Shown here: positions 12,227 to 23,089 of the stretch, one piece after another
How the letters are laid out: each line of letters begins with the position of its first letter
Numbering within the stretch: position 1 is the stretch's first letter
NCBI GenBank assembly: GCA_043769645.1
Contig: JAYVJC010000006.1
Span: 1-61,096, forward strand
Length of the DNA: 61,096 bases
DNA from: Candidatus Altimarinota bacterium
GTDB taxonomy: Bacteria > Patescibacteriota > Gracilibacteria > BD1-5 > UBA2023
Direction of reading: 5' to 3'
The notes under the pieces: generated by a model
The model's input: the letters and a program-made list of their open reading frames with translations, nothing else
Told to the model about the DNA's origin: nothing
The model's database searches: none
Translations under genes and position numbers: made by a program

Positions 12227-13585
12227 CTAATAATCATCCCCTCCACCCTTATAACTGGGAGATTGTGTCTTCTCGATTTCATAAAATTTCTGATGTTGCT
12301 TTTCGAACTTGAGATCGACTTGCCCCGTCGGACCGTTTCGATTCTTTCGGATAAAGACGCTGGTCATTCCGGGGATTTCTGAGAATTCGTTGTAGTAATC
12401 ATCTCGATAGAGCATCAGGATGATATCCGCATCCTGTTCGATCGATCCTGATTCACGGAGGTCAGACATCATGGGCCGCTTGTCTGGACGAGCTTCGAGT
12501 GCTCGCGAGAGCTGAGAGAGGGCAACGACCGGAACATCGAGTTCACGAGCAAGGGATTTGAGTCCACGGGAAATTTCCGATACTTCCTGGACACGGTTCA
12601 TACTGTTTCCACTCGACATGAGCTGGAGGTAGTCGATCACGATGAGATCGAGTCATGACTCCATCTTGAGACGCCGTGCTTTGCTTTTGAGTTCGAGGAT
12701 ACCTGCCCCAGCAGGGGAGTCATCGATATAGATTTTCGCTTGCGAGAGTTTCTCAAGCGCATCACCCATTCGGGCAAATTCTTCTTCAGAGAGTTTTCCT
12801 TTTTGAAGTTTCCAGCTGTCGACGGCCATGGTAGCCGCAATCATACGATCAGTAAGCTGTTCTTTGGACATTTCGAGGGAGAATATAGCTACATTTTTCC
12901 CTTTTTGACCGACATTTTGTGCGAAGTTCATAGCGATCGCGGTCTTTCCCATACTTGGACGAGCGGCGACGATGATAAGATCTCCTCGCTTGAATCCTCA
13001 GAGCTTCTCATCAAAGCTTACATATCCGCTAGAAACACTATTTTTCTGAGTAAGTGAGGGATCTGCCGCGATAGCTGCAAACTCTTCATATCGAGCGTTC
13101 AATATATCCTTGATTGGAACGAGTTTGTTCTGGATAAAGGTCTGTGTCACTGTAAAAAGAGATTTCTCAGATTTTTCCAGGAGACTCGTCGTTTCAGTCG
13201 CTTCATCGTATCCATAGAGCATGATCTCGTTTCCTGCCTTGATCAGTCTCCTCAATACTGATTTATTTTTGACGATTTGAGCGTATTGGAAGATATTTGC
13301 ACTCGTAAAAACTGAACTCGTGAGATCAGCAAGAAAAATATTCCCCCCGATTCATTCGAGCCGTTTCTTATCATCGAGAGATTCTCGTACCGTGATGAGG
13401 TCAATCGGTCGATTTCGAGTAAAGAGCTCAAGCATCGATTCGTAGACAAACGAGTGGGCGGGATCATAGAAGTCATCAGGAACGAGGAGGTGACTTACCT
13501 GAAATATCCCATCCTTATCGAGAAGGATGGATCCGAGAACTCATCGTTCGGCGTCGGCACTATGAGGGAGAATTTTGAGGTCCAA
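12227..13585 (-). CDS. dnaB: replicative DNA helicase DnaB
   Basis: Contains AARPSMGKT (Walker A), [33 protein letters not shown] and [11 protein letters not shown]. Four in-frame TGA codons join the track fragments. The start is provisional (TTG 13585; a stop lies in frame at 13607..13609). Confidence 0.92.
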
Positions 13586-13764
13586 AGGAAGTGAAAAAAT
13601 TAATAATTAATAATGAAGAATGAATAATAATGAATAGTGAGAAATTTTCATTTTTGAGATCATCTCGATAAAAGCTATCTCAATGATGTCGTTATTGAAG
13701 AGAGTACTCACTTCATGGTATTATAATTCAGAATCTCGGCGGTTTGAAGTACATTAATTCCTGT

Positions 13765-14661
13765 TTACTGATTGAAGTTACTCGCCATTTCCTCTTCCAT
13801 GAGGAGTTTTTGTATGAGTTCTCCGAGTTCAGCATTGTAGGGGGAGAGGTGTTTGAGCTTGATGAGGTCTTCGATTGCCTCCTTTCGCATTCCAAGAGCA
13901 ATTTCTGCCTGTCACTTGATCCAGAGAATATCAGGGTTTTTCGGGAACTGTTTGAGATAGGTTCGAGCGTATTCAAGCGCTTCTTCCTGATGGCTGAGTT
14001 CCCAAGCGAGCCCTGTAATGATAAAGATATGAGCTTCGGAAGGGGTAATTCCGATAATTTTCTTCTCTATCTCGTAGGCAATCTCGTATTTTCCGAGAAT
14101 GATGAGATTGTTTGAGAGTTTGGATAGTACCTCTTCATCTTCTCCATAGTGCTTCGCAAGATCCCGATAGACGATCTCACTTTTCGCATAGTCCCCGTCT
14201 TTTTCATAGAGAGAAGCAAGGAGAATATTGAGTTCTCGATGACGTTTATCTATGGAAAGTCACTCGATAATAAGGGCTCGAGATTCTTGGATTTCATTCC
14301 TCGCGAGTCGAGTACGGATGAGAATGAGAAGTTCTACGAGTTTTTCTTTTTTTTCTGCGGAGAGTCTTGATTTGTCACTCACTCCAGATGGGTCCTCGCT
14401 CTTTTTTATTTCTGATTCCTCTGAGTGGGCTATGTTGTCTTCGGCAGTGACAAAAGGAGAAGTGGTATTTTCCGAGGCAGATTTTTCGAGAATTTGTCGA
14501 TCCTTTTCTTTCTGTTTGAGGCGACGCGGTGTAAATATGCCGATAATACGCCCAATCAAAAGGTAGATATCGTGAATATACGTGCCAGCAAGCGATCAAA
14601 GAAAAGCCATCAAAAATATGGCTTCCACTAAGATATAACGAGTACTAATAAAAATTTCCAT
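13765..14661 (-). CDS. membrane-anchored TPR-repeat protein
   Basis: ATG at 14661 with an N-terminal TM helix, then an acidic linker and TPR-like repeats (...YAKSEIVYRDLAKHYGEDEE..., ...EEALEYARTYLKQFPKNPD...). It joins track ORF 14260..14559 through TGA. TAA at 13765; 897 nt. Confidence 0.65.
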
Positions 14662-14786
14662 AGAGATATTTCTATCATCATAGCGAGAAAGTCTCTATTT
14701 GCAATCTAGAGTTTTTCTTTTTCGATGAAATAGATTTGCTTTTTCGTCCATCTATCATATAATCCTGCCATCATAAATTTCCTACT

Positions 14787-15137
14787 ATGGATGCTACTCT
14801 TATCCAAGCAATTCAGGCTGACGCCATCAAAACTGATGTTCCCCTCATCGAAACGGGTATGGAAGTCGAAGTACATCAGATTATCAAAGACGGTGAAAAA
14901 GAGCGTATACAACTCTTTCGAGGTCTGGTGATCATGACTAAATGAAAGACGGCTCTTGATAAGGTTATGACCGTTCGAGCAACTGTTGATGGCATCGGTA
15001 TCGAGAAAATATTTCCGATTCACTCTCCGTTTATCCAAAAAATCATCGTTCTCAGAAAATTCAAAGTCCGTCGTAAGAAAATCGGATTCATCCGTGAACT
15101 TACGGGAAAGGCAGCTCGACTCAAAGAAATCAAGTAG
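14787..15137 (+). CDS. rplS: 50S ribosomal protein L19
   Basis: Sequence ...VEVHQIIKDGEKERIQLFRGLVIMTK-G(TGA)-KTALDKVMTVRATVDGIGIEKIFPIHSPFIQKIIVLRKFKVRRKK... is a typical L19. TAG at 15135. Confidence 0.9.
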
Positions 15138-15165
15138 TACTAATCAAAGAAATCAAGTAGTACTA
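15120..15165. repeat. 23-bp tandem duplication spanning the rplS stop codon
   Basis: ctcaaagaaatcaagtagtacta (15120..15142) is followed immediately by atcaaagaaatcaagtagtacta (15143..15165). Confidence 0.85.
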
Positions 15166-15192
15166 AAATCCTCCGAAAGGAGGATTTTTTTT
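15165..15192 (+). terminator. rho-independent terminator after rplS
   Basis: aaaatcctcc-gaaa-ggaggatttt hairpin followed by a T-run. Confidence 0.75.
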
Positions 15193-15331
15193 ATTCGGAA
15201 ATTGTAGCTTCAGAATGGAGAACCATACCTTTATGAACTCATAGTTTCTTTCGAAATGACAGATATAGAATTACAGATATACTTACACTAATATTCTCAA
15301 TCATTCGTTTTGGTTTTTCTAATTTACTTCT

Positions 15332-15778
15332 ATGGATATCCTTCCCATGTGTGAACGTTGCGACGCTCTCTGTTGTCGAGCGTATGACATCTACGATAGT
15401 GCCTCTGAAACCTTCGTGAAACGTGCAGGGGTAGCCTGCAGTCATCTTGCCAATAATCGTTGCAGTATCTACCACGATATCCCGGATCACGCTGGGTATC
15501 GAGAGTCTTGTCATCAGTATGATTGTATGGAGTGAGGCCCAAACGTCACGGTCTTTCTACGTCGTATTCCTGACACTATCGATGTATCCGGGATGACAAC
15601 ATCTCTTCTCGAAACGATTCGACTTCGAGTTATGAAGAATCCCGAACTGAGAAGTGAGATTCTCATATATTCGGAAAAACTATTGAAAAAAATCGCAATA
15701 GATAACAGTCTATCTCTTTCAGTCAAGCTCGCCCGGGTACAGATAGAGCGATTTCGTCCTCCTAAAAATCAAAGCTAA
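15332..15778 (+). CDS. YkgJ-family cysteine-cluster protein (CxxCxxCC zinc/iron-chelating domain)
   Basis: Contains CERCDALCC plus further Cys/His. Track ORFs 15332..15535 and 15593..15778 are joined by a TGA at 15533. Confidence 0.6.
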
Positions 15779-17360
15779 ATTCTCTTTTACTCCACTCGAA
15801 GAGTTTCTGTATACGTTCGAATGGATGAAGATGTGGAAGGGGAATACCGAATTTTCGATGCATCTTGAGTTCCAGAGGTTGGATTTTAAAAGGTTTCCCG
15901 CTTTTCTCACATATGATTGCCCAATGTAATATATCATCGGGAATATGGCTTATATCAAAAGGAAGCCTCTCTGCTGGAAGTGTTTTCATTACTCACTCTG
16001 GTTTAAGTTCATAGTCCGACCATTCAAGACCTCGAGCCATGACTTCCTCCTTCGAGAGTGGGAGGATCATCATCGCAAATGATGCATCATAGGGATACCA
16101 GGCATATTTCGCATCAGAGAATTCTCCCCATTCTCCTGACTTCTGCATTTTCCTGATGAGTTTCTTTACACTGGATTCCCACTCTTCCTTCGAGTACTGT
16201 CTGTTGAAAATACAATATGAGAGATGATGCAGGCCAGAACATCAGAAAAGATAGGAACAGTTATGGCAATTGTGACAGTAGAATTGGTAACTCGAGTGAC
16301 TCCAGGAACCCTGAGTCCAGTAGAGATGCGATGAATTCCCACCAACCCCTATACAATCATAAGAAAGAGAAAGGTGCTCTCCGAAGCTCGTAATATCCAT
16401 GGAGTCTTTGACCTCGAAACAGTCATTGATATACCAGCTATCTTCCGAGTCAGCACTATTATACGATGCATGTACATTTTTACTATCATAGCAGTAGTCT
16501 CCTGTTGTATTTGTGGATCATGTGATAATATTTTTCTCGATCCCGTTTTTTTCACGAAGATCATGGAATTTCTTCTCAAATTCTAGTCGAAATGATTCTT
16601 CAGTCTGTATTCTCTTGAGCGTTTTTGTATATTCTTCCTCAGAACAAGGAGTGTTCAGGATGCGATATTGTTCGTTTTTGAGTCCTACACATCCGAGGAG
16701 GTTCTGGCAACCATCACAAGAAAAAGCATACCATGAGTCGCGACACTCCTCAGAGTTGTAAGAGAAATGCAGATTATAACACTTCCAGATATAAGCTGAG
16801 AAACTACAGTTATGAGAAAATCGTGTATAGATACAGTTCATGATAGAGGTATCATGATGAACAAAAAACCCATAGAGACACTTCTCATTCTCATTGCCAT
16901 TCGACGTGAGGTAGCAATCCTTCGAATTCCCATTTCCACTGACGAATTCACTATTTTCGAGTTCTTTATAGGCGTTATCGAGTGTGACATGTGGTACTTT
17001 CCTCATAAACTCCGCACACTGCTCTGAGAAATTTTTACTCCAATCTATTGCTTCAGCATAAGAAAGTCCATCCATCTTATCGCTCCACCAGTCTTGCTGG
17101 TTCCATATGACCGATCGCGAATCTTTCGGAAAGGTACTGATGATATCTTTTCCGGTCAGATCACATATTCTTTTATGAAGGGAGAAATAGTTTCGAAACT
17201 GAGCACGCCTCCTGAGGCGTTCTTGCGGGCAAAGTGTTGGAAAAGGAATCGGAAATTTCTCTCCTCAGATGATCGGAGAAAGTTTATCGAGAAGGGCTAT
17301 TTCCGAGTCTGAAATAGTGAATTCTTTTCATGAGATGCGACAGGTGCGAGTGAAGGGCAT
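15762..17360 (-). CDS. Cys-rich zinc-ribbon repeat protein, paralog D (function unknown)
   Basis: 532 codons, with all in-frame triplets checked (only TGA interruptions). It has an N-terminal module (...FTISDSEIALLDKLSP...PTLCPQERLRRRAQFRN...CDLTGKDIIS), a Cys-rich core, and a C-terminal module (IPDDILHWAIICEKSGKPFKIQPLELKMHRKFGIPLP). Confidence 0.75.
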
Positions 17361-17362
17361 GA

Positions 17363-18964
17363 TTAGTAGTTGATATGCCACTTGAGTCTATCGAGGTACC
17401 TCTGATCGGGATGTCGTCGAGGGATGGGAAGGTGACGTTTACGGTAGAACTCGAGTTCTTGTCTGATAATCTTGAATGGTTTTCCTGAGACTTCACATTC
17501 AATAGCCCAGTTGAAGATATCATCTGGAATTGATTCAATAGAATCTGGTAGTTTACTGGCAGGAATAATCTTCTCTACTTTAGGAAATGGTGCTTCGTAG
17601 TCGGACCAATTAAAGTTTTGTTTTATGGCTTCTTCTTTCTCGAGACGAAAATATTCATTTACTGCTGCTTCCGTATATCCGAGTGGCGAAAGTATCGCAG
17701 GAAAGAATTCACCCCAATCTTCATCATGCATCATCTTCTCGATAATCCGAGGAACCAATACTTCATACTCTTCCTTGGTATATTGCTTGTTGAGGATGCA
17801 GTAAGATTTATCACTCACTCCGACACATCCAAAAATATGCTCTGAGCTCGAACATGAGTAAGCGTAAAAGGAATATCTTGTATTTGGCCAGATATCTACA
17901 GAAAAAGCACATCCAAACATATTGACTCATCCAGTAGAAATCTCATAAGAATAGTCTGTTTGACAGCAACAGTAATCCAAGTCTTGAGCATTGAATGTAT
18001 CTTTCACAAACTGAGCATACTTCACATCTTCCATATCGGAAGTATCACAGACGTAGTAGCAATTTTCCGATCGTTTTGTATAGTCACCAATTACATGTTC
18101 AGTCAAAAGGAGATCAAGATGCTTCTTTGGTGTTTTTATTTTATTTTCATTATATATTTTCTGAAGTTGATTTGTTTCCATTTTTAATATCTGCTCTTTT
18201 TTGAGAGTGTATTCTTCCTTTGAGTACGAAATATTCTCAATGTAATACTTTTTATTTTGTAGATTGGATGATAGTATGCACTCTTCACATCAGATGCACC
18301 TTTCACAATACCACATATTTTGGCAAGCATCAAGGTTTTCAGAGTAAAATGATGCACTACAGTTTGATATATCGATACATTCATAACAAACTGAAGATCA
18401 AGTAGCGAGGATACAGTCAAAACAATCATTGCACTCAATCAATCTTTTTCCGTATGCACAATCACGAGCACTTTGGCAGCTGAAGATGAGATAGCAATTC
18501 TTACACTTATAGATCTGATTTGTGAACTCACAATTTTCTGATGCGGGATCTCTATATAGTGATCGGTGAGGTACATTTTTGAGGAGCTCTTCAAACTGCT
18601 CAAAAAATCCTCTCGTGAAATCAAACTCTCTTCCATAGCTCATCGGATCCCAATTATCGCTCCACCAGTAATCTCCGTTATAGACTGTATATGGTTTATC
18701 TGGTGAATAAATAGAGATGATTTCTTTCCCCGTTGCATCACACTTTCTCTTGTAGAGTTTTCTTTCATTACGGAATGCGAGACGTCTCTGTTGTCGACAG
18801 TCAGGACAGAGAGTTGGGGGAGGGATAAGGTATCTCTTCCCACTAAAAGTTGGAGATACTTTCTCATAGAACTCCATATCCTTATCCGTGATCGGAAAAA
18901 CAGAAGAACACTTCTTACAGATTCTATTTTCTATGAGATGTTCATTCGGTGGTATGGGGTACAA
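17363..18964 (-). CDS. Cys-rich zinc-ribbon repeat protein, paralog C
   Basis: 533 codons. Starts MYPIPPNEHLIENRICKKCSSVFPITDKDMEFYEKVSP...PTLCPDCRQQRRLAFRNERKLYKRKCDATGKEIIS and ends ...IPDDIFNWAIECEVSGKPFKIIRQELEFYRKRHLPIPRRHPDQRY. It joins three track ORFs via TGA. Its TAA lies 2 nt before the paralog D ATG. Confidence 0.8.
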
Positions 18965-19010
18965 GGAAATTAATAATTAAAAATTAATAATGCAGAATAT
19001 ATATAACAAG

Positions 19011-20621
19011 TTAATAATTAATGTAAATTTTTGTCCGTTCTTGGTATCGAATGTCGGGGTGTTTTTTCGGTATTGGAAGATTATGTTTTCTGTAGAAATC
19101 GAGTTCTTGTTTTGTGATCCGAAATGGTTTTCCAGAAACTTCACACTCTATAGCCCAATTCATGATATCATCAGGGATTTGTGAGATATTATCAGGGAGT
19201 TTTGAGCTCGGTATAGTTTTTGAAACCTTCGGAACTGGAGCCTCATAATCTGACCAATTGAATCACTGGCTGAGTGCTTCCTGTTTCGAAAGTGGATACT
19301 GTATCATATTCATCGTCTGATTATATCCAAAGTGACTATATTTTGTAGGAATAAATTCTCCCCATTCTCCTATTTTTTTCATATGAGCAATGATATCTGG
19401 AACCAGAGATTCATATTCTTCTTTCGTATAGTGTTTATTGAGGATGCAGTACTCAGTATTCTTGAGGCCGATACATCAGAAACACTGATGAACATTCCCC
19501 ACACAATAGGCAGAGTAGTAGAGGTGCGATATATTTGCCCAAGAATAGATGGTGAAGTGTACGGAACTACAGGCCTCTCCTACGACGATTGACTCGTATG
19601 AGTGATCGAGTCTATCCCCCCAGAGATCTATATCCATCGCAAGTCGAGTATCCCTGAGGCGAGACGAGTGACGTATGTCTTCACTTTCTTGAATTATGCT
19701 CGAATATGAAATATTTTTTGAATCAAATACTCGTGAGGAGTGATTGGCGTTCTCAGATCCTGTATTTTTTGGAATATATCATCAGTAGTTCGCTTCTCCG
19801 AGAAAGAGTTCGAACTTCTTCTTTTGCTCAGAAAGTGGGAGTATAAGGAATTTTTGGAGTTCACTATGGTATTCGCTTTCAGAGAATCAAACATTGTAGA
19901 TGTGATATTGCTGATTTCTCAAACCGACGCAAACATAACAATCCTTGCATCACTCACAATCATAGAGAAACCTTCCCTCACGACAATCCTTGACGTCGAA
20001 TGAAAAGTGTACACTATAACAGTTTCGAGCATCGAGGAGTTCATAGCTATTTTGACAATCAGAAATACCCAAACAATCTACACAATTCTTCGAGTCCCAC
20101 ATATCGATCGAGTAGCAGCAATCTTCATTATATCAAGCATTGAAACAGAGGTAACAATTTTTTAGATCGCTACAATTATCTGAGTATTCAGAGTTTTCCA
20201 TGCCGAGAGAAATAGACTTTCCAGGCATAGGAACTAACTTTTTGAGTTCTCACCACTGTTCGAAAAATGGTCTCGAAAAATCAAAGTCTCTTCCATACTG
20301 CTTCCCATCCCAGCCATCAGAATACCAGTAGTCACTTTCATAGACCGGACACGGTGCATCCGGAGAAAAGAGGGAAATGATTTCTTGTCATGTCGCATCA
20401 CATTTTCTTTTGTATATATTTCTCTCATTTCTCCATGCGTATCGGCGAGTTTTTCGGCACATCGGACAAAGAGCTGGAAAGGGAAGTTCGAATCTATCTC
20501 ATGCGATCGTTGGGGCGAGACGAATCAAAAAATCCTGATCGATTTTCGTGATATCGAATAAAGAAGAGCAAAGAATACAAGTACGGGTTTCGATGATGCT
20601 TTCGGTTCAGGATAGGGACAT
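19011..20621 (-). CDS. Cys-rich zinc-ribbon repeat protein, paralog B
   Basis: 536 codons, with every in-frame triplet checked (no TAA or TAG; about 16 TGA). It has the same N-terminal, core and C-terminal modules (...WAIECEVSGKPFRITKQELDFYRKHNLPIPKKHPDIRY). It is almost invisible in the standard ORF track. Confidence 0.75.
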
Positions 20622-20710
20622 CGAGATAAAAATATGATTCTATTATGAGAAAATCTGTATCTTTTGCAAGATTGGCTCGTTTTCTTTTATCAGGATGAGA
20701 AACGAGTCGT

Positions 20711-22771
20711 TTATGAAAGCACTTCCCTCAGATAACACTCCTCACAGTAGACTCTCTCTGGTCGTTCGGGTGCATAACTCGTAATCATCATCTTCCCTCT
20801 CGTCCCTGTCCTCGGATTTAGAGCGAATACAAATGATTCCTGGTTCCCCTCTCTTTTAGGAGAGGGGTTAGGGGTGAGGTGATTCTCCTCACAGTTTGGA
20901 CAGTCACAGAGTCTCTCAAAGAGTTTCCTTGGATTCCTCTGCTTCATACGATCCATGTGTCGTATATCAGGATGACGACGAGGAATAGGAAGATGATGTT
21001 TACGATAGAATTCTAACTCCTGCCTGATGATTCGAAATGGCTTTCCTGACACTTCACATTCTATAGCCCAGTTGAGCATATCATCAGGAATAGAATCAAT
21101 AGAATCTGGAAGTTTACTCGCTGGAATAACTTTCTCTACTTGAGGAAATGGTGCTTCATAATCAGACCAATTGAAATATAGCCCTCTTTTGAAAGAGGGG
21201 TGCCCGAAGGGTGGGGATATTTCCTGTTTCTCCAAATCCTCAGTCTTTCCCTTCGTTTCAGACAGCTCCTCTCAAAAAGGAGCCTTTTCAAGTACTTCTT
21301 CTCTCGTCATCGGAAAGTATTCTTGTGCAACCGTCTCATTGTATCCAAAGGGTGACAGAGAAGCGGGAAAGAATTCTCCCCATTCTCCATCTGCCATCAT
21401 CTTCTCTATAATACGAGGAACTAACTCTTCATATTCTTCCTTTGTATACTGTTTGTTCAGGATACAGTAGGATTTCCTATCGATTCCTACACAGAGAAAA
21501 CAGTGAGCCGTATTATCACACTCATTCTGATATATACCATTTTTTACACCCCAACATCGCACTGAGAAGAGAACATTTGAGCTTTCGAGCGCGGTATTGA
21601 TCGACTCATAGATATATCAACTATTGAATCCTACTGCATCACCATCCATCAGTGAAAGACCATTCAGCCCAGCATTACATGCATACTTTGTATTCTCTGC
21701 ATTTTCGAAGACATAGAAGGATGAATGGCAGTTTTTTCCATTCCGGATATAGTCTCCACTACAGTTCTCACTCTGGTGGATTTGCGAAGACCGGTGTATC
21801 CCTTTCTGGAAAAATATTGATACAGACTTATCTCTCTCGCTTTTCGAAGGGAATTTTCTCATAAAATCTTCTATCTTTTTTCTATATTCTTCCTCACTGT
21901 AGGCGGTATTAAAGAAGTGAAATTTCTGATTCCTCAGGTTCTGACAACCGAAACAATTACTACAACCGATACAGTTCCTGAGATAGCTACTATCTCGACA
22001 ATCCTCACAATTCACTGAGAATGAAAGTGCATGACAGTCCATACAATCGAGACAGTCATAGCACTGATGCGAGCGATCACAAAACGAACAATCAACACAA
22101 AAGTCAGCATAGTGAAGCCAATATCCATAGAGACAATCTTCATCGAAGCTACTCTCGAAGAGCATGTAGGTATTCTTATTATCCGTACAAGTCTGAGTAT
22201 ATTCACTATTCTCACTATTTGTATTAAAAAGCGATGGTCTCGGCACGACTTGGAGAAGATCAGAAAATTGTTCAAATGCCGATCGGGAAAAATCAAACTC
22301 TCTTCCATACTTCATAGGATCCCATGCGTCACTCCACCAGTATTCTTGCTCATACACAGTAAAAGGAGAAACAGGGGAATAGACGGAGATAATATCCTTT
22401 CCAGTCGCATCGCACTTTCGTTTGTAGAGTTTTCTTTCATTCCGAAAACTGAGTCTTCTTTGTGCACGACAGTCTGGACAGAGCGTCGGAGGAGGGATGA
22501 GAAAAACTCCCTTTTGAAAGGGAGTACCAGCGATAGCGGGGGAGGGATTTCCTCCTGTTTCTTGTATCTTTATTTTTCATTCAGCAATGAGTGTTTTGGT
22601 AGTTTCTGAAATAGGTAAATCCTCCATCTCCTTCGGGAAGGAGGCTAGTGGAAATACTGGACTTACCTTCTCATAGAACTCCATATCTTTATCCGTGATT
22701 GGAAACTGTACCGAGCACTGTCGACACTTTCGAGATTCTACGAGATGTTCACCGGGAGGGATAGGGTACAT
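20711..22771 (-). CDS. Cys-rich zinc-ribbon repeat protein, paralog A (686 aa, with in-frame palindromic insertions and a longer C-terminus)
   Basis: Joins track ORFs 22577..22771, 21617..22357, 21272..21562 and 20711..21235 through in-frame TGA codons, and the junctions were checked. It matches the family of paralogs B-D, but with about 45-aa and 30-aa insertions and an extra C-terminal Cys module (...CDCPNCEE...VYCEECY). Confidence 0.8.
20846..20867. repeat. GC-rich perfect hairpin (cccctctc-ttttag-gagagggg) inside the paralog A coding sequence
   Basis: An 8-bp inverted repeat lying within the C-terminal segment that only paralog A has. It is translated in frame as ...NPSPKREGN... Confidence 0.8.
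21182..21199. repeat. GC-rich hairpin (ccctctt-ttga-aagaggg) inside the paralog A coding sequence
   Basis: A 7-bp inverted repeat within an insertion of about 30 aa relative to paralog C. It is translated as ...HPSFKRGLY... Confidence 0.8.
22506..22525. repeat. GC-rich hairpin (actccctt-ttga-aagggagt) inside the paralog A coding sequence
   Basis: An 8-bp inverted repeat within an insertion of about 45 aa relative to paralog C. It is translated as ...GTPFQKGVF... Two more small hairpins follow, at about 22541..22556 and 22624..22642. Confidence 0.8.
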
Positions 22772-23089
22772 GGGATTCTGAATTACTATTACTGAATCTA
22801 ATCATACAAAATAAGGATTCTTTTTCAATACTTCTTTAGCATTAATACTCTATAAACTCTTTTTCTTTCATTCCTCATTTTCCTAAATCCATTTTTTCTT
22901 TTGCTTTAGATGAGAATCGACTGAGTTTTTTCGTTCAAAAATCGTATACAAACTCCTCGTGTCAAGCTATTTTTTCTTTTGACTTCGATACAAAAAAGAG
23001 TAAAAACTTCACCTAGATTTCACATAGAAAAGTACAGATTTTACTCTCGAAAATAGAAACGTCAACTGCCCAATATCTACCTATATTTT
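22772..23089. promoter_or_regulatory. AT-rich divergent intergenic region upstream of dnaA; candidate oriC and promoter region
   Basis: 318 bp of AT-rich non-coding DNA between the divergent paralog A and dnaA. The call rests on context only. I could not identify convincing consensus DnaA boxes by eye. Confidence 0.3.
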
